Notes: generated by a model from the letters alone, not told the origin. A stretch of DNA of 64,000 nt from Podarcis bocagei (GCA_964188305.1 OZ076885.1); one strand, 5' to 3'; counted from the first letter of the stretch, positions 1-10,677 are shown. Made by a program: numbers and translations.

Positions 1-450
1 AAAAGGCCCCCAGGTTGAGTCGCCGGCACCTCCAGCTATGAAAGGATGGGAGCAGTGGCGTAGCGTGGGGGGTGCGGGGGGGGGGTTGGCCGCACCTGGC
101 GCAACACCTGGGGGGGCGCAAATCCATGGGTTAGGGGGCGCAAATCCATGGGTTAGGGGGCGCAAATTACTTGCCTTGCCCCGGGTGCTGACAACCCACG
201 CTACGCCACTGATAGCTTGTCTAATTAACCAAAGGCCTGGGAGAAGAGGATTGTTTTTGCCTGGCATGTAAAGATATGTAAGAAAGATGCCAGGCGAGCC
301 TCCCCGGGGGGAGCATTCCACTAGCAGGGAGCCACCAGAGAAAAGGCCCGTTCTTGTGTTGCCACCCTCTGGATTTCTCTTGGAGGGGGCACACAAAGAA
401 GGGCCTCAGATGATCATCGCAGGGCCTGGGTTGGTTCAGTCCTTGAGGTA
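1..450 (-). mobile_element. Degraded L2-type LINE 3' fragment, interrupted by a MITE
   Basis: Resembles the antisense 3' end of squamate L2 (gcattccac...gggagccacc...aaaaggccc); recognised from memory, boundaries approximate. Confidence 0.45.
53..211. mobile_element. hAT-like MITE, copy 1 (same family as 55733-55912)
   Basis: TIR CAGTGGCGTAGCGTGGG...CCCACGCTACGCCACTG; internal ~21-bp repeat GGGGCGCAAATCCATGGGTTA; no TSD visible. Confidence 0.8.
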
Positions 451-3400
451 TGCTTTCCTAACTACAGAATAGATAGAGGATGACTGGCTTGCTTGGGTAG
501 ATGAGTTGGAATGAGATTGAAGGAGGACTAAGGCTTGAATGATTAAGCTGCATGAGCATTTAATTTTCTTTTTCATTATAATGGATCATTGTATTTCTTT
601 GGAAATACCTTTAAAGCAATGGGTTAAATTTTACAACTAGCAAGTGCGGAAGACATTCCTGCTGTAGCTTACTGCACTTCCCATAAGTTGTTCCTAAGGC
701 CCAAGGGATCCTCCAAAGCAATATTTGAACTGGTGACTTGCCCCCTTGTGTAAGCAGATGTATATTTTCTTTCTTGGAAAGCGCACCATTAGAGCCAAGC
801 TCATTTTAAAAAAACTAAATTAAATCTTCTCTTGAATGGATACACAAACATATGTGCATATCTACAGGTGTGATCTTACGATATTCATTACCTAGGTTAA
901 AACACAAATGGATGCTTCCATATTTATGAGCTGTAGGCCTCGAGTTTAAATGAGGCCATTACTTAATATCTCTCCAAACTTTTGGCAAACAGAATTGTAC
1001 ATGTGTAGCTATCGGCAATGAAAGTCCCTGATGCGTATTAATTCAAGGTGGGGAGAGTAACATGCATTGATCTTTAATTAGTCAACGGAGCACAGTTTGC
1101 AGAATCTTGTTAGGTATTAATAGACGCTTGTGTTGCCTGGGGGTAGGGGGAAAGAATGGGATGCGTAATTGAGCCTATCTCTAATCATTCCTTATGTCAT
1201 GAAATTCCAGCCAGACACAATCAGTGTGCCTTGCTTTGGTTTCGTCAGTGGGAGCCTTAGAGAGTGTTTGTGTGCAAAATCCGCTTTTAACTTGCTATGC
1301 TCTTGTTTTGTAATGCAGGGGAAACACTACTTAGGGACAGGTATTTGCTTTCTAAAGAACGTTATCATCCTTATTGATGAGACAGTGAAGGAAGGCAGCT
1401 ACCAGAGAAGGGTGTTGGTATACATCTGTTAAGTTACAGTTGTCTTGGACATGACATAACAGCTACTAATCCATGCTACCCATTGTCTTGCCTGATGCTT
1501 GGCTTTGGGAGTTTATGAAAACAGAAAGCCACGTGTGTTTGGTAGACTTCCATATTTCACGGTGAATTTACACTCTGGGTTCCCTGCCTTCCAGAACGAG
1601 TAAAAGAAATTGGTATAGGTTGGACACCCGAAAAAACTATTTGAGGAGCAAAGAAAGATATACAATGAATTATTGGTGCAATGGAAGATCTGAAATTATA
1701 GAGTTTAATTGAACCATGTCTGAATTGAGGCTATTACTCAGTTCAGGTAAAAGAAAAAACTTCTTAGTTTCATGGTTTAAATAGTGTAAATATTTGAGTG
1801 TCTTTGAACATGCACATGAAGAATTATATATGCATTAGGTAAGGAATGTCTTTCAAAACTACCACTATTGGGAAAATAGAGGCTATTGTCCCCCCTTTTT
1901 TGAAAAAAAAGCACACACCTACTTTAGTCGGTATTGCTCTCCCAGTGTTCATAAGCATGACACTGCACGCCTTCTGAAAATGGAAAGGATGCAAGAGTAT
2001 GTTGCACCCCCCTCCCCGAAAAAGCCCAAAGCTCACTCTTGATTTAACCTGAAGTAGAATCACAGGGGTGATGTGATGTCTCAACATGCCCTTGGTTTGT
2101 ATTGAAAAGCTATATTTTGAATGCAACGTGTCACAACTTCAGTCAAAGAGCTCATTGTAGCATAGAAGCTTCCATTATCTTTCTCTTTTACTGGGCAGCT
2201 GCTCTCTTTTTTCTAATCACATTTGGCTTTATTAAAATGTTTTGCATGGCTTTAGCACGGATCAGACTAATGAGACCTAGGAGGGAGCAAAAGGAATCCT
2301 AAGAAGCAGAAAGGCTGACCTGCATCAAACCCAAAGGTGCATGTGAAAATGGTGACCCATTAAGAGTGTAGACTAGGACATGACTTTAGAAATTAACAGT
2401 AGAAGATATCCAAAATGTGGCCTATTGTTTATTTGTCTTTAGTTGCTAGCTAGACTGAGGCAAGCATATTTATTAGTCCTTTATTGGAATAGATATTGAA
2501 TCATTTTGCTTATATTTTTGCAAAATTTATTTGCAGCCTGCCATATTGGACCTCAGAAATATACAGCAAACCCAGCCCAGAGAAATACCTGGTTGGTGGA
2601 TGTTGTTTCTCTCTCTTCCCTCCCCAACCCCATTTCTTTCATTCATCTTTTCCTCATACTTTCTCCTTAGAGGAACATTGGGGCTCTTTGAATAAGCAAA
2701 TTGATATGCTGTTAAATGCATTTGGTAACTTGCACCAAATTATAAAGGAGAAAAAGCAGCATATATGAATCATTGTTAGTCATATGAAACTTCTCTTGCT
2801 TTTTTTTTTTTTTAACCAAAGTTGCACTATAATTTATGGGTGCTGACCCATACTTGTGAACGCAGTAGTTTAACAGAACTGGGATTTATGGTCATTGCAG
2901 GTCTAGGCGAACAACTCAAGTTTCCGATTGTGTCACAAGAACATATAGCTAATCTGCAGTGCTAACAAGTAGGAGAGCAAATGTAGCATCTTTAGAGGCA
3001 GAAATTCTGCATGTGTCTGGATAGACATGGTGCACAATGCACTTAAATTATATTCTTTCTTTGGAGTTATATTCTTTTCTGAGTGTAAATTGGAATCTCA
3101 GCCAACAATAAAATAGAACAAGACTAAGCAATGAAGGAATGGAATGTATTTCAGCCTTGGTGCGAAGTCGGAATCACATTCGTTTGTAAAATAAAACATG
3201 TGAATAAGCTGTGGACATTGGCTTCATTATAACTTTCCAGGATTGTTCCATTCTATTGAGCAGCTCTCCCCTTTCGATTTTTGCTGGGAAGTCCATTGAG
3301 CCTTTAGAGGGAATAATTGTCTTTAGGTTGTGATATTTCATGAGTTGTCCTTAAAAAAAAAAAAAAGCTGTTTGCTAGACAAAAAGATAATACATAACTG

Positions 3401-4840
3401 TTGTGTAGCCAATCCTAAGACTACATCATGCTTGCAAGCGTGACCCTTGGGTGATGAGGAGAAAAGCAAAGCCACACATCACTGAACATGTTGTAGATAT
3501 TAAAATAGTTTGACAGAGGGAAAACCTCTATTATAAATTGGGGTTTGATTTGGAGAAGTCTCCGGTGTTGGATCTCATTTGGAATATCTGAGAAGCCAGT
3601 CCTAAAAGAATTGCAGCTTAGTTTAAGGGTGTGTTTAAGTTGCGGCAGACTAAGTGCACCTCACTTGTCAAAAATTTTAGTGAAGCTTTCTGTGTTGTTA
3701 AAGGTTTCCCTTCAACTAATTATCTCATGCAAAAGGAAGTGTGCATAGTAGATATTTGTTATGGTTATGTTTGCAGCTTATTAGCATAATTACACAGAAA
3801 CGGGGATTGAAGTTTCTTGTTTTATAACAATGTTGTGGTTCACAGTTGCCATCACAGCTGGTGAATTATCTGTTCACAATGCATTCCATATGTGCTGGAG
3901 ACCACATTGAGTAGGAATTTACAGGGCACAAGAGAGGAGTGTAAATAGTGGGGGTAGATATGCTACTCTCTCCCCCCCTCCCCTCCATCCTGAGAATCCA
4001 TATATGAAAGGCTTGGTAGAACAATGGGGGGTCATACTTTGTGTTTGAACTTCAAATGAACATTCAAATGCAATTTAATTTTGGCCAAGGGGCCCGAGCA
4101 TTGGCAGGAGCAGTTGGCTGAACTGCAGATAAATATCAAACTTTATTATAGAGTGCCTATAGGGTATGAGTGTGTCCATAAGAACTCTGCTTCTGATACT
4201 TCCTAGTGCAGCAGGGAGGTTGTAAGGAGAGAGTTACCACTGGGTCTAATAGTAGCATGGACTTGTTCAGGTTCACAGCCCACTTGTGGAGGCATTTCAT
4301 AAGCACCTGGTTTGTGTGGCATTTGAAAACCTGACAGTTTTGCAGATTTACATTCAATAAGTTTACTTCCCCAAAAGATACTCCAGACTAGCTGACTACA
4401 GCTGGGGTTCTGCATTATTTAATCCACAGATATAATTGGAGGATGAAAAATCTAACACTCCACCTCATTTGGTGGGATCAGCCTAGTGCCCTCCAGGTGT
4501 TTGAGAGCACAGCTCTTAGTTGCTTTAGCCAGCAAGAACGAAGGGAGTCTAAAGTATCTGAAGGGCACCAGATTGGGGAAGGCTGCTATAAATCAGCGTG
4601 ACCTTGCAGCAAATGATTGTGCCACTGCAATTGATGGAACTTGTTTGAGTAAATTTGGTAAGGTTTGCAAGATTCTATTTTAAGGGCAACTTAAATATCC
4701 AAAGTGTTTTAAAACAGTAGATTGCACTTTCAGAAAGAGTTGTAATTCAAGTCTGAACTAACTTCTTGATTTCAAGGCAATTTTTGCAATGTGGATTACA
4801 TTAGGATCATATGCTTGAACACAGTAAGCGTAAAAACAGT

Positions 4841-4962
4841 AGGTTTGGGACGTAAATTAACACCACCATTCAAAATAAGATTTTACCCACATGTCACAGA
4901 AAGGTTTGGGATGTAAATTAACACCACCATTCAAAATAAGATTTTACCCACATGTCAAAGAA
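4841..4962. repeat. 61-bp tandem duplication (2 copies, 2 mismatches)
   Basis: aggtttggga(c/t)gtaaattaacaccaccattcaaaataagattttacccacatgtca(c/a)agaa at 4841 and 4902. Confidence 0.9.
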
Positions 4963-5060
4963 AGAGATTTGATGATGTGGCTAGAAAAAAGCAAAACCTT
5001 CAAATGCTAGTTATATAAATCAAATTCAGTTTTATTCCAGGCAGGATCTGAAGCAGATAA

Positions 5061-5451
5061 AGGCCTTGTTCACACACAATGCTAAGCCAAACTATGGCTT
5101 AAAAGCCTTAAAGTAGAAGAGTTAATGTGCTGGTGGATATTTAGAAAAGTGTCAACAATTTGCTCCCTCTCTGCTCTTGCTGCCATGCTACTGGAAGCTA
5201 AACCATGGTTTGGCTTATTGTTGCATGTGTTTTGCCTCACACAAACCATGAGCTGTAACCAAAGTTTGTTTTTGGCCTATTGCTTGTAGGTGACAAACCA
5301 TGAGCCCAGGTTTTCACATAATGCTAAGCCAAACCATGGTTTGGATCCTGGTAGCATAGCAGGCTGCTGGGGATGGGGTGGGTGGGAGAGAGCAAGCACT
5401 GCACCAGCATGCTCGCTCATTAATGCCTTGTGTTACATACAGACGAGGCCA
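5061..5451. mobile_element. Degraded palindromic MITE-like element with AAACCATGGTTT/CTAAGCC motifs; related copies near 11370-11490 and 21040-21267
   Basis: Ends ggccttgttcac...cagacgaggcc are roughly inverted; repeated internal palindromes. Confidence 0.4.
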
Positions 5452-5615
5452 CAGAAATATCTCTGGCTGCCCCACTCAGTGATGGGCGGTTTACAATATG
5501 AAAACACAATAATACAAAACATAGTAACAAACTATAACTCCTCCCCTCACTTGTCATCACTAGCTGTAAATTGCTGGATATAAACAATTATTATGCAGGG
5601 ATTTTGTTTAGGCAT

Positions 5616-6023
5616 TGTGAGGGTTTGATTAGCTGCTTGTGCGTGAAAACGTGCTCCCTCAGAGTTTGTGCGCCCCCACAAACCTCCGTGTGTGACGGAG
5701 CTCCTCAGACATGTCTGCTCTAGTCACTAGTAGAGTCCGACAGTGGCTGTCTGCGGAAGCGTTTCCAACAAAGAAGTTCCTTAACGGAAACGCGTCTCCT
5801 GGACTCACGGCGTGACAGTTTCCTGCGAGGTATGGGTCTCCCTATGGGAGACTCCGATACCTCTCCACTGTTCTCGCTGGAAGCCTCCCTGAGCCCTCCC
5901 TCCTGCTCGCATTCCCTCAGAGACCCACTCCTCCCCCTGCTGGTCCCTGCTTCAGCAGTTGAGTCTCTTTCATCCTGCCTGAGTCCCTCCACCACCTGAT
6001 GCTCTGATGGCAGTTCCCTGACA
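5616..6023 (-). repeat. 3' LTR of the chromovirus
   Basis: Identical by eye to 10678-11085; preceded on the - strand by a polypurine tract. Confidence 0.96.
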
Positions 6024-9000
6024 TCCACCTCCCCTCCAGGGCCCCCCTCACCCCCTCCCAATTCCTCCCCCCTGGGAGGTGAAGGGCTAAAACCCCGAAA
6101 CGAATCTTCCTCATCTTCTGACGTCTCGAACAATTCTCTCCATCGATCGTCGTCCTGGCCAGCTGAATCCTCCTCCTCTTCAGAATCTGGGAACCCCTCC
6201 AACTCCTCTTCCTCGTCGGTGGTGGCAAAGTATTCCCTTCGGAACCTCGCTACAGGCTGAGGTTTACGTGGGAACCTCTGATGAAAAGTCTCTATTAAAA
6301 CCTCGTCATTGATATCCTCTGCCCTAACCCAGGTGTTTTCCGACTCCGGTTCCCCTTCCCACATTACCAAATACTCTACTTGATCTCCCTTCCACCTGGA
6401 ATCGAGGATCTCCGCTACATGGTAGCTGTGTTCCTTCTCCTCCATTGCTGGTCCCCTAGTGACCCTCCCCTCACTGTCTCCTCTATACGGTGACAGCAAC
6501 GACCTGTGAAAAACTGGGTGCAGCTTCATGTGGTTCGGTAACCGGAGCCTGAAAGCCACTGGATTGACCTGCTGTATGACTTCAAACGGACCCAGCCTTT
6601 TGGGTCTTAATTTCTTACAACCTCCTTTGAATGGCAACCCTTGGGTTGACAGCCACACCTGGTCCCCCACCCTGATGCTTTCACCTTCCCTTCTGTTTTT
6701 GTCTGCTTGCCTCTTATATTCCTCCTTAGCCCTGTTTAAGTTGAGTTGGAGCTGGCGATGGATCGCTTCCATTTCTTCCACGAACTGTTCTGCAGCTGGA
6801 ACGCTCCAGTTCTCCCCCTCCCCCCCTGGGAAGGCTCTGGGATGGCACCCGTGATTAGCCAAAAAGGGGCTCATCCCCGTGGACACGTTCTCTGCATTGT
6901 TGTAGGCAAATTCTGCCAACGCCAGCTTCTCCACCCAATCATTCTCTCTGTCATTAACATAACACCTCAAATATTGTTGGAGAACCCCATTTGCTCTTTC
7001 CGCCTGCCCGTTGGTTTCAGGATGACGGGCCGTCGAGAAATTAACCTCTACATGCAGTAAGCTCATGAGCTTCCTCCAGAACCTGGAAGTAAATTGTTTC
7101 CCTCGGTCTGAAACCACCCTCAAGGGGGCGCCATGCAACCTAAACACATTCTCTACAAACAATTTGGCGGTTTCTTCTGCTGTAACCGCATGTGAGCAGG
7201 CTATGAAGTGGGCCATTTTAGTTAACAGGTCTACTACAACCATGATGGCTGTTTTCCCTCTAGACCTTGGCAGATCAGTCATGAAATCTATTGCCACTGC
7301 TTCCCACGGTCTCTCAGGTGTGGGCAGTGGTTCTAATAAACCAGCCGGCGCCTGCCTCTCCCCCTTGGCTCTTTGGCATTGTTCACACCCTCTCACATAC
7401 TCCCGCACATCTTCCCTGACCTTGGGCCACCAAAATTCCCTGGTAACCAGCCACATGGTTTTGTGTTGCCCAAAGTGCCCTGCTGTGGGGCTATCGTGCA
7501 GCTGCTTGAGTACTTTCTCCCTCAATACCCCTTCAGGTATATATAACGCTCCCTTATAATACAATGCCCCATTTCTCTCCTCAAAACCACCGGGTTTGTC
7601 TTCCTCCCCTCTGAGATCCCTGAGTTTCCCCTGGGCGTATGCATCCTGCACCGTACCCTCTACCAATTCCCTTTGCCCCACCAAAGTCGCCCCACACACC
7701 CAGCGGTCCTCTGGAATGATATGGGTTTCTTCGGGTGCTCCCTCCCCCTCCAAATATTCAGGCTTGCGTGAGAGAGCGTCCGCCCTAACATTCTCTGGGC
7801 CTGGCACATAACAAATCTCAAAGTTAAATTTGGAGAACTCTTGGGCCCATCTCAACTGCCTTTGGTTGAGCACTCGCGCCGTTCTCCAGTACTCTAGATT
7901 TTTATGGTCCGTGCACACTTGCACTTTATGTTGTGCACCAACTAGCAGATGCCTCCATCTCCGGAACGCCTCATGAATAGCAAGCAGTTCTCGGTCGTAC
8001 ACCGTGTAGTTCCTCTCGGATTTGTTCAGCTTCCGCGAGAAGAAGGCACACGGACGCCACTCCGACTCCTCCTTCCCCGGCTGCAGAAGAAGCACCGCCC
8101 CTATGGCTCTGTCAGATGCGTCTGTTTCAACCCTTAGCTTCTTTCGTAAATCCACATGCAGAAGTTGTTCTTCAGAGGCGAAGGCCCTTTTCAGTTCCTC
8201 AAACGCTCGCCCCGCCTCCGCCGTCCATACAAACTTCTTCTTACTGCTGAGACAGTCAGTGATGGGCGCCGTCAGATGGGCGAAGTTGCGGATGAACTTA
8301 CGATAAAAGTTTCCAAACCCTAGGAACCTCTGCACATCCTTCTTGGTTTTGGGTGTTTTCCATTCCAGCACTGCCTGTACCTTGCCGGGATCCATGGCCA
8401 ATCCCTTGTCTGACAGGCGGTACCCCAGGAATTCCACCTCCTTGGTATGGAACCGACACTTCTCCAGTTTGACCCACAGCCTGTTGGCTTGCAGTCTGCT
8501 CAACACTTCTCTGACGTCTCTCACATGTTGCTCCTCATTCTCAGAATACACCAACACATCATCTAGAAAGGCAACGCAATTCTTGTAGAGCAAAGGGCCC
8601 AGCACGTGGTTCATAAAAGATTGAAAACACGCGGAACCTGCTTGTAATCCAAATGGCATAACGAGGTATTCAAACGCCCCCAAAGGGGTAAACATGGTGG
8701 TTTTCCATTCATCCCCTTTCCTTATGCATATCAGGTTGTACGCCCCCCTTAGATCCAGCTTTGTGAAAATCTTTCCCTTCCTCACCATGGTCAAAATATC
8801 ATCAATTCTGGGCATAGGGAACGCCACCGGTTCAGTCACTGCATTCAGCCGCCTAAAATCACATACAAGTCTCGGCTTGTCTGCATTTTTTTTGTCCACA
8901 AAGAACACTGGGCTCCCCCCTGCTGCTTTGGACTCTCTGATGAAGCCTCTCTTCAGGTTCTTGTCAATGAACCCTCGCAACTCCTGCATTTCCCTGTCTG

Positions 9001-9679
9001 ACATGGCATACAACTTGCCCACGGGAAGCTGTGCTCCAGGGAGTAAATTGATCTGACAATCAAAGGGTCTATGAGGTGGTAGTTGGTCAGCTTCCTTCTC
9101 GCTGAACACGTCGCTGAGATCTGCATACTGTGGTGGTACCTTCACCTTCCCCATTACTTCAGTCCCTGCTAGGGTGGCTTGGGCCCCTACTGAACCCTTC
9201 TCCCCTTTGCAGTGTTCTAGGCAATGTGCTGAACCAAAGGACACCACTCTTTGATGCCAGCCAACCAGCGGATCATGTAGAGCTAGCCAGCTCATTCCCA
9301 AAATAATGGGAGCGCCTCCCAGGGTGGCCACATTAAACGCTATCAGTTCTGTGTGCCTTGCCACCCTCATTATCATTGGGACAGTCTGCAAGCGGACTCC
9401 TCCTCCCAACAACTCCCTGCCATCAATCGTGGTCACCTGCAGGGGGTTGCTTAAAGGGATGGTCTGTATCTGGTGTTCAGCAGCAAACTCCTTGCTCATA
9501 AAATTGCAGGAGCTGCCTGAGTCCAATAGCGCCTTTATTTTTAGGGGGTGCCCATTCTGCAGCTCTAGCGACACTTCAATCACTAGAGCAGGTCGAGGAG
9601 CTTCTGGCACGGGCACTTTCACTGCTCTTTGGCCTGGCTGCAGTGCCCCAATTGTGGCAACCAGGCGTTGGCTTTTACC
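5720..9679 (-). CDS. pol: Pol polyprotein (protease-RT-RNase H-integrase-chromodomain plus acidic/basic tail), expressed by -1 frameshift from gag
   Basis: LLDSG protease; RT motifs DLRGAY, MPFGL, FLDD; RNase H TDASD; integrase HHCC, DDE and GPF motifs; chromodomain YHVAEIL..YLVMWEG..NTW; frame stays open upstream of the GTG at 9622 as far as the slippery site. Confidence 0.95.
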   Translation of the reverse strand, partial: GKSQRLVATIGALQPGQRAVKVPVPEAPRPALVIEVSLELQNGHPLKIKALLDSGSSCNFMSKEFAAEHQIQTIPLSNPLQVTTIDGRELLGGGVRLQTVPMIMRVARHTELIAFNVATLGGAPIILGMSWLALHDPLVGWHQRVVSFGSAHCLEHCKGEKGSVGAQATLAGTEVMGKVKVPPQYADLSDVFSEKEADQLPPHRPFDCQINLLPGAQLPVGKLYAMSDREMQELRGFIDKNLKRGFIRESKAAGGSPVFFVDKKNADKPRLVCDFRRLNAVTEPVAFPMPRIDDILTMVRKGKIFTKLDLRGAYNLICIRKGDEWKTTMFTPLGAFEYLVMPFGLQAGSACFQSFMNHVLGPLLYKNCVAFLDDVLVYSENEEQHVRDVREVLSRLQANRLWVKLEKCRFHTKEVEFLGYRLSDKGLAMDPGKVQAVLEWKTPKTKKDVQRFLGFGNFYRKFIRNFAHLTAPITDCLSSKKKFVWTAEAGRAFEELKRAFASEEQLLHVDLRKKLRVETDASDRAIGAVLLLQPGKEESEWRPCAFFSRKLNKSERNYTVYDRELLAIHEAFRRWRHLLVGAQHKVQVCTDHKNLEYWRTARVLNQRQLRWAQEFSKFNFEICYVPGPENVRADALSRKPEYLEGEGAPEETHIIPEDRWVCGATLVGQRELVEGTVQDAYAQGKLRDLRGEEDKPGGFEERNGALYYKGALYIPEGVLREKVLKQLHDSPTAGHFGQHKTMWLVTREFWWPKVREDVREYVRGCEQCQRAKGERQAPAGLLEPLPTPERPWEAVAIDFMTDLPRSRGKTAIMVVVDLLTKMAHFIACSHAVTAEETAKLFVENVFRLHGAPLRVVSDRGKQFTSRFWRKLMSLLHVEVNFSTARHPETNGQAERANGVLQQYLRCYVNDRENDWVEKLALAEFAYNNAENVSTGMSPFLANHGCHPRAFPGGEGENWSVPAAEQFVEEMEAIHRQLQLNLNRAKEEYKRQADKNRREGESIRVGDQVWLSTQGLPFKGGCKKLRPKRLGPFEVIQQVNPVAFRLRLPNHMKLHPVFHRSLLSPYRGDSEGRVTRGPAMEEKEHSYHVAEILDSRWKGDQVEYLVMWEGEPESENTWVRAEDINDEVLIETFHQRFPRKPQPVARFRREYFATTDEEEELEGFPDSEEEEDSAGQDDDRWRELFETSEDEEDSFRGFSPSPPRGEELGGGEGGPGGEVDVRELPSEHQVVEGLRQDERDSTAEAGTSRGRSGSLRECEQEGGLREASSENSGEVSESPIGRPIPRRKLSRRESRRRVSVKELLCWKRFRRQPLSDSTSD
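6024..6037 (-). other. Polypurine tract (GGAGGGGAGGTGGA)
   Basis: Purine run abutting the 3' LTR on the - strand. Confidence 0.85.
9611..9679 (-). promoter_or_regulatory. -1 ribosomal frameshift signal: G_GUA_AAA, 6-nt spacer, H-type pseudoknot
   Basis: Stem 1 GCCUGGUUGC/GCAGCCAGGC (9657-9666 with 9632-9641); stem 2 GGGCACU/AGUGCCC (9642-9648 with 9611-9617); pol is in the -1 frame. Confidence 0.8.
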
Positions 9680-10632
9680 TGCTCCGCTCCCCCTTCTTCT
9701 CCCCCCTCAACAGCTCCCACCATCCCTTGCCATTCCTTCCTCTGGGGGCAGACTCTGGCAAAGTGGCCTGGCTGTTGGCAGAGATAGCATTTCCGGGGGC
9801 CCTTTCCCTCCTTCTTAGCTCCCTCGCTGGTTTTTGAAAATGCGCGCGCGCGCGCTGTTCCGATTTCCATCGGCTCTGCCGGCGGGAAAGCTGGCTCAGG
9901 AATGTCTGGAATGCGGAACTCCTTCCAACGTTCCCCTCTCCCTTCCCGCCTCTCCAAGGCTCTTGCCTCCTGCCGCGCTCCTATGGTCAGCGCAGATTTG
10001 GTCAGCTGATCCATAGACTCCGCCCTGGGGCTCCGTGCCAGCTCGTCTTTCACCCCCGAAGAAAGACCTTCTTCAAATAGCATTTGAACGGGTGCCGCCG
10101 ATAAATCCCAACTCAGTCTGTGAATCAGCATGGTAAACTCAGTCCAATATTCACGGACAGATCGACTCCCCTGCTTACAAGCCATTAGCTGTCTGCGCAC
10201 CACCCCTTCCTCAATATCGCTGGAAAACATGATATCCATTGCACGAAAGAACTTCATTGTGTCCTTTAGTATGTCATTGTGCGTTGCCATTAGGGGTCGC
10301 ACCCAGTCTCTAGCCCCTTTCTCAAGATGCCCAATTACAAAAGCAACTCGCGATTCCTCATCAGGGAACTCATCGAACTGCACATTAAGGGCATATTGCA
10401 TCTCTGTCCTAAAAGCATGGTAGTCCTTGGGGTCCCCCCCAAATTTCTGCACCAATCCTGGTACCTTTCTGGGGAATTGAGTGGCTCTCCCCTTCTTGTC
10501 TGCATCCTGAGCCCTTCTCTCCTCCAGCCTCGCCGTCTGCAGGGCCAGTTGAACCTCCAACGCTCGGTATCTATCTTCCAAGCTTGGACCAGCTCCAGCC
10601 CCTGCTCCTCCGGTTCCGGTTGGTTCGCTCAT
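9619..10632 (-). CDS. gag: Gag (337 aa; capsid plus CCHC zinc knuckle)
   Basis: First ATG after the LTR at 10632; retrotransposon gag motifs (F.GD, QGSRSVREY..EF, EPMEIG); CYLCQQPGHFARVC. Confidence 0.93.
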   Translation of the reverse strand: MSEPTGTGGAGAGAGPSLEDRYRALEVQLALQTARLEERRAQDADKKGRATQFPRKVPGLVQKFGGDPKDYHAFRTEMQYALNVQFDEFPDEESRVAFVIGHLEKGARDWVRPLMATHNDILKDTMKFFRAMDIMFSSDIEEGVVRRQLMACKQGSRSVREYWTEFTMLIHRLSWDLSAAPVQMLFEEGLSSGVKDELARSPRAESMDQLTKSALTIGARQEARALERREGRGERWKEFRIPDIPEPAFPPAEPMEIGTARARAFSKTSEGAKKEGKGPRKCYLCQQPGHFARVCPQRKEWQGMVGAVEGGEEGGAEQVKANAWLPQLGHCSQAKEQ

Positions 10633-10664
10633 GATGCCTTCTCTTGCACAGGCAGCGTACAAAG

Positions 10665-10675
10665 ACTGTCGGACT
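10665..10675 (-). other. Self-priming primer-binding site (AGUCCGACAGU)
   Basis: 2 nt inside the 5' LTR boundary; no TGG start; perfect complement of LTR 10796-10806. Confidence 0.85.
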
Positions 10676-10677
10676 GC

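Noticed and set aside
9842-9855. (GC)7 run, a potential Z-DNA
   Set aside because: Short, and explained by gag codons (ARARA); no further support
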